Made by a program: the position numbers and the translations under genes. Positions 1-8,037 of a DNA stretch of 43,912 bases are shown here, piece after piece (within the stretch, counting starts at the first letter, position 1; every line of letters starts with the position of its first letter). The notes under the pieces are model-generated. The model searched no databases. It was not told the DNA's origin and saw nothing but the letters and a program-made list of their open reading frames with translations. Source of the stretch: Hydrogenophaga sp. Lineage in GTDB: Bacteria > Pseudomonadota > Gammaproteobacteria > Burkholderiales > Burkholderiaceae_C. The DNA lies in the NCBI RefSeq assembly GCF_051007235.1, contig NZ_JBPCSJ010000204.1, positions 1 through 43,912 of the forward strand, written 5' to 3'.

Positions 1-2
1 AG

Positions 3-2021
3 ATGCCCAAAACGTATCCAACCAAGGCATTTGCTGCCCTGCCACGCCTCCTCTTGGCGGTGATCGTGGCAGCTTCTCTTGCAGCCTGCGGGGGTGGAGG
101 TGGTAGTGGCACAGGCCCGGACAGCCCCAAAACTGACAACATACTGACAGCTCAGTACAAGGCCAACATTCAGGAAATCTCGACAGAGCAATACGCACAG
201 GCCAGTGTGCAGGTCATGGCAAACGGCGGCGCGGGACTTGTTCTGACGCCTGTGGGCGATGAATTCGCAGGACTGGAAATTGGCCAGACGGTGGTGCTCG
301 GTCCAAACGAGCAACAGGGCCTGCCCTTTGGCTACACCGGCGTTGTCTTGGGCAAGGAAAACAACCAGGTCACGCTCAGAGACGCCAACATCGAAGACGT
401 CTTTGAAAACCTTGTGGTCGACTATGACAGTGCTCGCGAAACGCCTGCGATCGAGACCTTTTCGATGCCCGATACGAAACTCAAGATTGCATCGGCATCA
501 TCAACAACAGGCTCCATGTCGCGGACCGACTCGGGCACCGATCTCGTACTGGAGGTCAACCGTGATGCAGGCCTCAATACCGTGCTCACTGGCCGCATCG
601 AGATCAAAGACCTGCGGGTGATCTCCCTGATTAACTACAGCCTATCCGACTACCCTGGAACGTATGGTCTAGACAGGTTCACGTATGAGGTCAAGGGTCA
701 GACATCTGCGAGTTTGCGGCTGCGACCAAAAACCGCTGACGGCAAGGAAGCCTCTATCAACTGGGGAAACATCTTCCCCAAGCTCAATGGTGGAAATTAC
801 GTCTGGGACAGGCCAGTCAACGTTCCCATTCCAGGCACAAGCTGGCTACCAGAGTCGGCAAAGTATTTCTCGCTAAGTGGTCTGGATGCATCTGACCGTC
901 AGGGTCTCGTGCCACTGGGGGGACTGGTCCTCATCCCCGGTGCCGTGACGGCATTTTCCAACCAGCCAACGATATTGCAGCAGATCGCTCCCATGTCGAT
1001 TGTCATTTGGCTTTACCTAGACGCCAATGGCGAAGTCAAGCTGTTGGCTGACAATACCTTGCTCGACGCCAATAGCGGCATCTGGCACACCGGCTTTCGC
1101 ATCGAGCGTGAAAGTGCGACGCAGCTCAGATCCACGATTCTCAAGGACTTCGGCAATCCGAAAGTATCCAGCCATGTCAACGAAGCTGTTCAGGCTTCGC
1201 AAGAAGTCGGTGTGACCATTGGCGCAGACGTGATTTTCAGTGGTATCCGTCCGGCTACCGGGAAGGTTGACCTCTTTAACATGGAGCTCAAGGGGAACTT
1301 CCAGGCCTCCAAGCCAACGTCTGTCACGTGGTACCCCAGCTTTGCTGTGACTCTGCCCAGGGAGCCCGAGTTCTGTGCGTCCTACTCGCTGGAGGTCTTC
1401 AGCGAGGCGTCTTACAAGGTCGGATTGTCTGCCACTGTGCCGGGCTTTGGTGAGTACAAGTACCAGAAGTCGGCAAAAACAGACCGCATCAAGTGGGGAG
1501 CGTTGGGCGACTTTTATGCCAAAAACTGCCCCATGAAGACGGCGCTAACAGTAGCCAAGGTCATAGAAGATCCACAGGTGGTGCAAAACTGTGGCAGTGG
1601 CGACCAAGTAGTCCCCTGCAACCTCTTTTGCACCAACGAGGCCGTGGTTGGAGATCAACAATTTCTGACGAGTAGTTTCAGTGCAGCAACTCTCAAGTCT
1701 AGAGGTGCATCGAAACTCATGCTCGACGATGAAGAAGAATCTTTCTTCGATGGCATCTTTGACCTTCAGTACAAGAACAACCAGCTGATAGGCTTGTTCA
1801 CTGCTCAGAAACTGTTGGACATGGGCTCCGCACGATATGGTGATCTTGACTACACATCTCGCAAGGAACTTAAAGTGCGCTCAGATGTCGACAGAGCATC
1901 GGCAGAGTTCAACGGTAAATTCACGCGCACCATGACCAATAGCTGGTCACGGGATAACAGTACTGTGTCCTGCGTCGTAGAGTTTGATATGAAGTCCGAG
2001 GTCGACTGGAAAATCAAATGA
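3..2021 (+). CDS. Large putative lipoprotein of unknown function (672 aa)
   Basis: Long ORF with a basic N-terminus, hydrophobic stretch, lipobox LAA-C29 and Gly/Ser linker (CGGGGGSGTG). No recognisable catalytic family. The start lies at the window edge. Confidence 0.8.
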   Translation: MPKTYPTKAFAALPRLLLAVIVAASLAACGGGGGSGTGPDSPKTDNILTAQYKANIQEISTEQYAQASVQVMANGGAGLVLTPVGDEFAGLEIGQTVVLGPNEQQGLPFGYTGVVLGKENNQVTLRDANIEDVFENLVVDYDSARETPAIETFSMPDTKLKIASASSTTGSMSRTDSGTDLVLEVNRDAGLNTVLTGRIEIKDLRVISLINYSLSDYPGTYGLDRFTYEVKGQTSASLRLRPKTADGKEASINWGNIFPKLNGGNYVWDRPVNVPIPGTSWLPESAKYFSLSGLDASDRQGLVPLGGLVLIPGAVTAFSNQPTILQQIAPMSIVIWLYLDANGEVKLLADNTLLDANSGIWHTGFRIERESATQLRSTILKDFGNPKVSSHVNEAVQASQEVGVTIGADVIFSGIRPATGKVDLFNMELKGNFQASKPTSVTWYPSFAVTLPREPEFCASYSLEVFSEASYKVGLSATVPGFGEYKYQKSAKTDRIKWGALGDFYAKNCPMKTALTVAKVIEDPQVVQNCGSGDQVVPCNLFCTNEAVVGDQQFLTSSFSAATLKSRGASKLMLDDEEESFFDGIFDLQYKNNQLIGLFTAQKLLDMGSARYGDLDYTSRKELKVRSDVDRASAEFNGKFTRTMTNSWSRDNSTVSCVVEFDMKSEVDWKIK

Positions 2022-2308
2022 TCCACTTTCTTGCCTGAGTCGAAGCAGATACGTTCTCGAATAGCCTTAAGATGTCCGGGGATTAGGTCTGCTTCGACAT
2101 ATGCTGGCAAGTTGCTCCACCTGAGCCAGCTCAACCGCCTTTTCAGGAGCTGTAGGCCTGTTCCAGGCCTCTTTCCGTTCTCACCTCTTTTCGCCAGGAG
2201 GCCCGGACCGTCATGCCGGGGAGGATTCACGTGCTTGAAGGCTAAAGCTCGCCCTCTACACCGGGCATAGCCGAACCGTCCTGGCCACCCGTGTCTTCGG
2301 GCTGCGGT

Positions 2309-2971
2309 TCACCGTAGCAAGGCACCAAAATCTGACGCGTATCTCATCAGTTCCACCCTACTTTGAAGTCCAAGCTTTGAGCTGAGCCTGACTCTATGGG
2401 TACTGACCGTTTTTTCGCTTAGTTGCAAAATGCCTGCGATCTCCCGGTTACTCATCCCAGTCACAAGCAGGCCAAGAATCTCATTTTGTCGAGCGGACAA
2501 TCGCTGTGCCAGTGGCTTTTCGAGATCGAAGGCTATCCTTTCCATCAGGAAGGCCTCCATGAAGTGCCCACCACTGCGAACATTCCTGATCGCCTGAAGG
2601 AGTTGGTCGGGATCAGCTGATTTCGTGATAAATCCATTGGCTCCCGCTTGAATAACAGCTTGAGCCAGTTGTGCACTGTTGTGAAGTGTCATCACCAAGA
2701 TAGGCAACTGTGGGTGATGCTCCCGAATAGCTCGAATCAGGTCAAGTCCGCTGAGTCCCGCCATGCTAAGGTCTGTCAATACGACATCAAAGCATTTCAG
2801 CGCTAGAGACCTGAGCGCACTGTCGCCATCGGCCGCGCTCCCTGTGACGACCATGTCCGGCTCACCACTGATGAGTTTGGACACACCAGCACAGAACAGC
2901 TTGTGATCGTCGACGACGAACACTCGTGTCCTTGCAGACGGCTTGGCCGAGGGAGTTTGTGTTCTGGACAT
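2309..2971 (-). CDS. NarL/FixJ-family response regulator (REC + LuxR HTH)
   Basis: REC motifs VVDDH, VLTDLSM (phospho-Asp), VMTLH, FITKS. C-terminal LSARQNEIL...GMSNREIAGILQLSEKTVSTHR is a LuxR HTH. Confidence 0.93.
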   Translation of the reverse strand: MSRTQTPSAKPSARTRVFVVDDHKLFCAGVSKLISGEPDMVVTGSAADGDSALRSLALKCFDVVLTDLSMAGLSGLDLIRAIREHHPQLPILVMTLHNSAQLAQAVIQAGANGFITKSADPDQLLQAIRNVRSGGHFMEAFLMERIAFDLEKPLAQRLSARQNEILGLLVTGMSNREIAGILQLSEKTVSTHRVRLSSKLGLQSRVELMRYASDFGALLR

Positions 2972-3208
2972 GGATCAGACGCGATGCTGTAGGCAAGCTA
3001 GCAAGCAATGATGTTCGGTGCCAGCGGCGTCAATGCAAAAGTATTGTGGTCCGCACCGGCGCAGCACACTCCCTTTGCTCTAGCGAAACTATGAGTTTGT
3101 CATTTTAACTGATCCATCGGCCCAGCCCCCTCTAGCGCAAACGACCAGCCGGAAAAACACTGGGGCTTGCAGGTACCAGCCACTGGCAGCAGGTTGATGC
3201 GGGAGCTC

Positions 3209-3226
3209 AGTTGGCGCGCGCCAACT
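3209..3226. repeat. Perfect 18-bp palindrome AGTTGGCGCGCGCCAACT, copy 1
   Basis: Read directly; self reverse-complementary. Confidence 0.95.
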
Positions 3227-3344
3227 CCCACGGGCGATGGATAGACTCACAACCTACCGCTTGGCGGTCTGCGGTGTGGCAGCAGCCAGCCAATCCAGCG
3301 TTGAGGCCTCCACCATCCACGACCTGAACAGCTGTCTCCTGCCC

Positions 3345-3362
3345 AGTTGGCGCGCGCCAACT
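3345..3362. repeat. Perfect 18-bp palindrome AGTTGGCGCGCGCCAACT, copy 2
   Basis: Read directly; identical to 3209-3226. Confidence 0.95.
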
Positions 3363-3526
3363 CGCTGCCATGCCCTACCTGGTATTCGCGCGCAGTGCCT
3401 CCACTGAGTTGGCCGGCCGCAAGTGCGGCCCCTAGGCAACGCTGCCCAACCTTAGTGGCGGGGTGAAGCGCGCCGGCAAACTGAGCGGGCCGTCAGGCCC
3501 GTTGGGCTTTCGGGGGTGTTATGCGA

Positions 3527-3760
3527 CAACTTTCTTCCCCGGGCAGCCCGATCAGCTGGTCTATCTGCCAACGCCGCCTCCTGTGTCACGAGCCTGGCAA
3601 ATCTTGGCGCGCGCCAACTTTCTCCGAAGGTCGTCTCGATCAGCTGGTCTATCTACCAACGCCGCCTCGGGTGTCACGCGCCAGGCGAATCTTGGCGCGC
3701 GCCAACTTTCTTCCAGGCTTGGGTCGTCTACTACCTGGGTTCAATCTGCCCGCCCGCGTC
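3527..3760. repeat. 88-bp tandem repeat (two full units plus a decayed partial third) with TTGGCGCGCGCCAA at the unit junctions (3604-3617, 3692-3705)
   Basis: Units 3527-3614 and 3615-3702 match at 74/88 positions by hand alignment. A third unit begins CAACTTTC at 3703. The period is not a multiple of 3. Confidence 0.92.
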
Positions 3761-3949
3761 CTCACCCTCGAAAGGGGCATCCCATGCTCGATGGCGGCGT
3801 CACTGGAACAGAGCCCGCCTTATGTCCTCTGGCGAATCATCCAAAGGCTGCGGACGAAGATAGCGTGGGCGCCGACGCAGCGCGACGTCAAAACGGGTAA
3901 GACACGAAAAGTCGACCGCCCAATTGGAGGCGTCCAGCACATGACAAGG

Positions 3950-5719
3950 TCAACCAAGTCTGAGCGTTCCCTTGCCTGGCTGCCATGGCTTGGCGGGTAT
4001 CGGGTGGAACTGAATGGACCGGAAATGTTGCACCAGCAGCTGCAGCGGCAGGTCGCTGCCGTACCCGTCAGTGATTTGCCCATCTCCCGATGTGTGCCCC
4101 AACAGTCGCTTGAGGTATTTCGACGGTACTTCGGCCCTCTCCATCGCATCCTTCATGGTGTGCCGGAACGAATAAAGGACTTTGTTGCTGTCCGTGATAC
4201 CCAACTGCACCTTCAGACGGCCGAAAAACTTGCGAAACGAGCCAGAGAGCTTGCCGTGCCAATCCGGCTTGAGCGTAGGAAACAACGCCACAGCACCCTG
4301 GGCTTTGAGCCAGTCGATGTAGTCGAACAACCCCAGGTCGATGAGCTGCGACGCAAGTGGCACGCGTCGCACAGACGCTGCGTTCTTGAGCGTGCGGGCA
4401 TGCAGCCCAGCTTCAACATTGGTGGCGGCCTTCCTCTCCCCCTTACCTTTGGTCTCGTCCTCAAACAGTCCCACATCCGCAGCCTCCGGACGGTCAATCA
4501 GGTTGAAGTACCAGCCGTTCTGCGGGTCGTGGACGATGTCGGTGATGGCCAATCCCGCCACCTCTTCTGTGCGCGCGCCCGTGTAATACATCAGCAGAGG
4601 AATCCAGTAGCTCGCCTCTTTGGCCTGCCCCTGGGATCGCAGCTGGGCGTCGGAGTAAATCTGGCACCCAAAAATCGTTTCAAGGTCTTTGACATCAAAT
4701 GATGAGCGGCTCTTTTTGCGCCGCTCAAGACCCGATTTTCCCTGCCCCACAACGGTCACAGCAGGGTTGCTTTGCAGGGCATTGCGCCCGACTGCAATCT
4801 TGTAAATGCCACGCACCTTGGACAGACGGTCGTTGACCGTATCCGGCGCGAGACCGCGAGAAACCATCTCTTCGACAAACTCGATAACAAGGTCTTTGGT
4901 CACTTTGCCCGGCTCGAAGACGCCCTTCTTCGCTGCAACCCGCTGCAGGTCCCGCCAGGGTGTCTGAGCAGCAATGATTGTGGACTTGGGCCGTTGGCCA
5001 ACATGCCGGTTCCACCTCTGAAAAACGTCATCCCAGCTCGGTCCGCTGGCCTGCTGCTGCAAAGAACTCTTCAATTGCTCAAAAGGCATCGCAGGCGCAA
5101 ATGCATGGGATGGCTTGGCAAGCCCTTCCTGGCGCTGCAGGCGCAGTTCAATGGCCTGGGTGACGGCCTCAAGGAAGCGAAAAGAAACTTCTCGCTGGCG
5201 GTCAACGGGCAGAGCCATGTCCACACCCAGCAGATGCATGAAAGCCTGAAGTGCCGGCAAGACGGGAGCAGTCTGCCCCATCGCCAGAAGGCGGCCGTAC
5301 TCTTTTCGCTGGGATCGCAGCTGTTCGTCCAGTTCGGCGAAGGCCTGCTCATCCAGGCCGTGGCTGCGCAGGTAGTCATCCCCCAGCAGCGCCTGGTGAA
5401 TCCAATTACCGGCAAGCGCTTGAACCTGTTCGTCGGACAAAGCGGTCAGCTGCGGACTGCTGTTGTCATTACGCGACAAACCCGGAGTAAAACGCCCACT
5501 GGCAGCGAGCTTGCGCTCTTGGCGCTCGAAGTCTTTGTAGACGGTCACCAGTTGTTTGGCCAACCGTCTGCGCGCATCCAAGACGCTGCTGGTGCGCAGA
5601 GACCGGGTAATTTCTTTCCTGCCAGGATAGGCAGGCAACAATTTCTGCGGAATACGAACACGGCAATAAAAGATGCCGGATTTTCCACGCTTGAAGAGAT
5701 TTCTTTCGACTTGCAACAT
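3950..5719 (-). CDS. Tyrosine recombinase/integrase with N-terminal arm-binding-like (DUF6538-like) domain
   Basis: Catalytic set: YTGARTEE (R), RTLKN (K), LYSFRH (HxxR position), LLGH, DGYG (Y). N-terminal LFKRGKSGIFYCRVRIP...EITRSLRT motif. Start taken at ATG 5719 (MLQVERN); the ORF track extends to 5782. Confidence 0.93.
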   Translation of the reverse strand: MLQVERNLFKRGKSGIFYCRVRIPQKLLPAYPGRKEITRSLRTSSVLDARRRLAKQLVTVYKDFERQERKLAASGRFTPGLSRNDNSSPQLTALSDEQVQALAGNWIHQALLGDDYLRSHGLDEQAFAELDEQLRSQRKEYGRLLAMGQTAPVLPALQAFMHLLGVDMALPVDRQREVSFRFLEAVTQAIELRLQRQEGLAKPSHAFAPAMPFEQLKSSLQQQASGPSWDDVFQRWNRHVGQRPKSTIIAAQTPWRDLQRVAAKKGVFEPGKVTKDLVIEFVEEMVSRGLAPDTVNDRLSKVRGIYKIAVGRNALQSNPAVTVVGQGKSGLERRKKSRSSFDVKDLETIFGCQIYSDAQLRSQGQAKEASYWIPLLMYYTGARTEEVAGLAITDIVHDPQNGWYFNLIDRPEAADVGLFEDETKGKGERKAATNVEAGLHARTLKNAASVRRVPLASQLIDLGLFDYIDWLKAQGAVALFPTLKPDWHGKLSGSFRKFFGRLKVQLGITDSNKVLYSFRHTMKDAMERAEVPSKYLKRLLGHTSGDGQITDGYGSDLPLQLLVQHFRSIQFHPIPAKPWQPGKGTLRLG

Positions 5720-5737
5720 CAGCCTGCACCACGAAAA

Positions 5738-5814
5738 TGTGTGACAGGCTGTGTAACAAGTGAAGTTTATCCGACACTCCAAGTTGTTGAATTTACTTAT
5801 AAATCAACAACTTA
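5738..5814. promoter_or_regulatory. Candidate attachment-arm region: direct repeats TGTGTGACA/TGTGTAACA and an AT-rich inverted repeat containing an IHF consensus site
   Basis: Direct repeats at 5738-5746 and 5750-5758. Inverted repeat AAGTTGTTGAATTTA-CTTA-TAAATCAACAACTT at 5781-5813. AATCAACAACTTA at 5802-5814 matches WATCAANNNNTTR. Confidence 0.55.
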
Positions 5815-5833
5815 GAGAGGATTTAAGAGGGGT

Positions 5834-5910
5834 TGGGGTGGCTGATGGGGCTCGAACCCACGACAACAGGAATCACAATCCTGGACTCTACCAACTGAGC
5901 TACAGCCACC
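5834..5910 (-). tRNA. tRNA-His (GTG)
   Basis: Reverse complement GGTGGCTGTAGCTCAGTTGGTAGAGTCCAGGATTGTGATTCCTGTTGTCGTGGGTTCGAGCCCCATCAGCCACCCCA gives a cloverleaf with GTG anticodon, G-1 and encoded CCA. TATAAT lies at 5922-5927 on the minus strand upstream. Confidence 0.98.
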
Positions 5911-5947
5911 GCAAGCCTTGCATTATAGCGCGAAGGTGGCGCCTTGT

Positions 5948-7849
5948 TCAGCGTTTCGGTTCTGGCACCAGCAGTTTGACCTTGAAACGTTCCTTGAGCG
6001 TTTCGTAATAGGCCAGTCCTTCGGCAGAAGACCACCACTGGCCATACTGCTGCACCTCCTGCGCCAGGCCCTGTGCATCGCGCGGCGTGCGCGGCAGCAC
6101 CTTGTCCACACGCACCACGGCGTAACCCTCATTCCCCAGGGAGACACCGACCCAGGCTGGCAGGGTGGCGGTGGGTGCACTCATGGCCGCGCTGAGCACG
6201 GGTTGTGGCAAACCTTGGGCGCTGTCCCGTGCGATCGTCGCAGCCGCGGGCATGCCGCTGGCATCCGCTCCGCCCTTCCAGGCTGCCAGCTGCTTGGCAC
6301 CTTCTTCGCGTGCCAGTTCGGCCGAACGCTGGGCCACCAGTCGACCACGGACCTGTTCGCGCACTTCCGCCAAGGGCTGGGTCCGCGCCGCCTGGTACTG
6401 CAGCACACGGGCGGCCACCAACTGGCTCGAACCGGTCTCGATCGCCTCGGTGTTGCGCTTCTTCTCGACCGAGTCGGGTGCAAAGATGGCCGTCAGCAGC
6501 TTCTCATTGCCCAGCACGCCAGCATCGGGTTTGGGCTGACGGGTCAGGCCCTTGGCCGTCTGCACTTGCAGCTTCAGCCGATCCGCGGCGGGCTTGAGGC
6601 TGTCGGCCTGTTCGTACACGAGGTTGCTGAACGCTTCAGCGCTTTCAGCGAAGAGTTTCTGGGCCTGCTGCTTCTTCAGATCGGCCTCGATCTCGGCTCG
6701 CATGGCTTCGAAGCTGCGCACCGGCGGAGCCTTGATGTCGGTGAGCTGAACGATGTGGAACCCGAACTCGCTTTCGACCAGGTCGGCGATGCCGCCCTTC
6801 TGCAGCGCGAAAACCGCGTCTTCGAACGGCTTGACCATGGATCCGCGCGAGAAGAAGTCCAGATCGCCACCGTTGGCGGCCGAACCTGGGTCTTGCGACT
6901 GGGCCTTGGCCAGTTCGGGGAACTTGGATGGGTCCTTGCGCACCTGCGCCAGCAGGTCCTGCGCACGCAGGCGGACCTTGTCCTTGTCGGCCGCCGGAGC
7001 ACCGGCCGGCACGGTCAGCAAGATGTGGCGCGCGCGGCGCTCTTCGTTGCCGGACAGGCGCGTTGCGTTCTGATCGTAATAAGCACGCACATCGGCCTCA
7101 TTGAGCGTGAGCCCCTTGGCCAGCCCTGCCGCATCCAGCACGAGGTATTCGATGTCCGCCTGCTCCGGCGCCTGGAACAAGGCGGGATTGGCCGTGTAGA
7201 AGGCTTCGATGTCGGCGTCCGTGGGCTGCACCTTGGCCGCGAAATCGCTGGCCTTGAAAGTCTGCACGCGCACCTCACGGCGTTCAAAGAAGGCGTTGAG
7301 CGACACGCCGGCCAGCGCGGGCGGCGTCACGCCAGAGCCGGTCACGCCCTGGGTGACCTGGCGCATGGAGATGTCGGCCCGCACCTGGGCTTCGAACATT
7401 TCGGGCGTCATGCCCTGGCGTCCCACCAGCTGGCGGTAGGCCTCGACATCAAGCGTACCGTCGGGGCGGCGCAAGGACGCGATGGTTTCGTTCTTCTGCA
7501 GATCCTGCGCCAGGCGCTGGTCGCTGGTGTAGAGGTGGAACTTCTGTGCGGCGGTGGCCAGCACACGTTCACGCACCAGGCGCTCCAAGGTGGCGTAGCG
7601 GGCCTCGTCGCTGTCCAGCAACTTGGCGTCGATGGTGGGCATGGCTTCGCGCAAGCGCTTGGCCTCGGCCTGATGCGCCTGGTCCCAATCGGCCTTGGTG
7701 ATGTCCTGGCCATCCACCGTGGCCACGGGCACCGATCGGTTCTTGAAGTCGGTGAAGCCCTGCACGCCGAACAGCACAAAGCCCGGGATGATCAGGATCA
7801 GCAAAAAGCCCATCAGGTACTTCTTGTGATTGCGGATGGAATCGAACAT
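5948..7849 (-). CDS. ppiD: Periplasmic folding chaperone PpiD (SurA-N plus parvulin domain)
   Basis: N-terminal TM anchor (KYLMGFLLILIIPGFVLFG), VATVDGQDIT, parvulin motifs RARHIL, SQDPGSAANGGDL, SEFGFHIVQL. Located downstream of HU. Confidence 0.92.
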   Translation of the reverse strand: MFDSIRNHKKYLMGFLLILIIPGFVLFGVQGFTDFKNRSVPVATVDGQDITKADWDQAHQAEAKRLREAMPTIDAKLLDSDEARYATLERLVRERVLATAAQKFHLYTSDQRLAQDLQKNETIASLRRPDGTLDVEAYRQLVGRQGMTPEMFEAQVRADISMRQVTQGVTGSGVTPPALAGVSLNAFFERREVRVQTFKASDFAAKVQPTDADIEAFYTANPALFQAPEQADIEYLVLDAAGLAKGLTLNEADVRAYYDQNATRLSGNEERRARHILLTVPAGAPAADKDKVRLRAQDLLAQVRKDPSKFPELAKAQSQDPGSAANGGDLDFFSRGSMVKPFEDAVFALQKGGIADLVESEFGFHIVQLTDIKAPPVRSFEAMRAEIEADLKKQQAQKLFAESAEAFSNLVYEQADSLKPAADRLKLQVQTAKGLTRQPKPDAGVLGNEKLLTAIFAPDSVEKKRNTEAIETGSSQLVAARVLQYQAARTQPLAEVREQVRGRLVAQRSAELAREEGAKQLAAWKGGADASGMPAAATIARDSAQGLPQPVLSAAMSAPTATLPAWVGVSLGNEGYAVVRVDKVLPRTPRDAQGLAQEVQQYGQWWSSAEGLAYYETLKERFKVKLLVPEPKR

Positions 7850-7899
7850 GCGTTGAAATCCTGAAACAACAAACAGACGCTGTGCCCGCGTCGACAACA

Positions 7900-7927
7900 A
7901 AAAAGGCGAACCCGTGTTCGCCTTTTT
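7900..7927. terminator. Intrinsic (probably bidirectional) terminator after tRNA-Val
   Basis: AAAAAGGCGAAC-CCGT-GTTCGCCTTTTT hairpin flanked by A/T runs. Confidence 0.8.
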
Positions 7928-7932
7928 GGTGG

Positions 7933-8008
7933 TGGTGGGTGCTGACGGGGTCGAACCGCCGACCTACGCCTTGTAAGGGCGCCGCTCTACCGACTGAGCT
8001 AAGCACCC
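7933..8008 (-). tRNA. tRNA-Val (TAC)
   Basis: Reverse complement GGGTGCTTAGCTCAGTCGGTAGAGCGGCGCCCTTACAAGGCGTAGGTCGGCGGTTCGACCCCGTCAGCACCCACCA, 76 nt, TAC anticodon. Confidence 0.98.
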
Positions 8009-8037
8009 CACCGGGACATCCCGTGGTGGGGACGACC

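Larger units (their letters stand above)
1..5833. mobile_element. End of an integrative element/genomic island inserted at the tRNA-His 3' end; continues beyond the left window edge
   Basis: Tyrosine integrase directly downstream of the tRNA-His 3' end. GC is visibly lower (hand counts 26/60 at 1741-1800, 28/60 at 1681-1740, versus 50/60 at 12841-12900 in uvrC). No second att copy was seen in the window. Confidence 0.85.

Noticed and set aside
2031-2270. 79-aa ORF between the lipoprotein and regulator genes
   Set aside because: Non-ATG start, no SD, Arg/Pro-rich with no motif; cannot be supported.
3209-3760. CRISPR array interpretation of the palindrome cluster
   Set aside because: Spacing is irregular (136, 257, 88 bp), the intervening sequences of the 88-bp units resemble each other instead of being unique spacers, the repeat core is only 14-18 bp, and no cas genes are in the window.
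3209-3950. Integron attC/cassette interpretation
   Set aside because: No ORFs lie between the palindromes, there is no RYYYAAC...GTTRRRY long imperfect hairpin, and the integrase does not resemble IntI in size or domain layout.
3463-4702. Plus-strand ORFs 3463..3900, 3516..3863 and 3521..4702
   Set aside because: They run through an 88-bp non-triplet repeat so the same peptide reappears in different frames; 3521..4702 is largely antisense to the integrase; no recognisable motifs.
4772-5815. 347-aa plus-strand ORF
   Set aside because: Antisense shadow of the integrase with no protein motifs.
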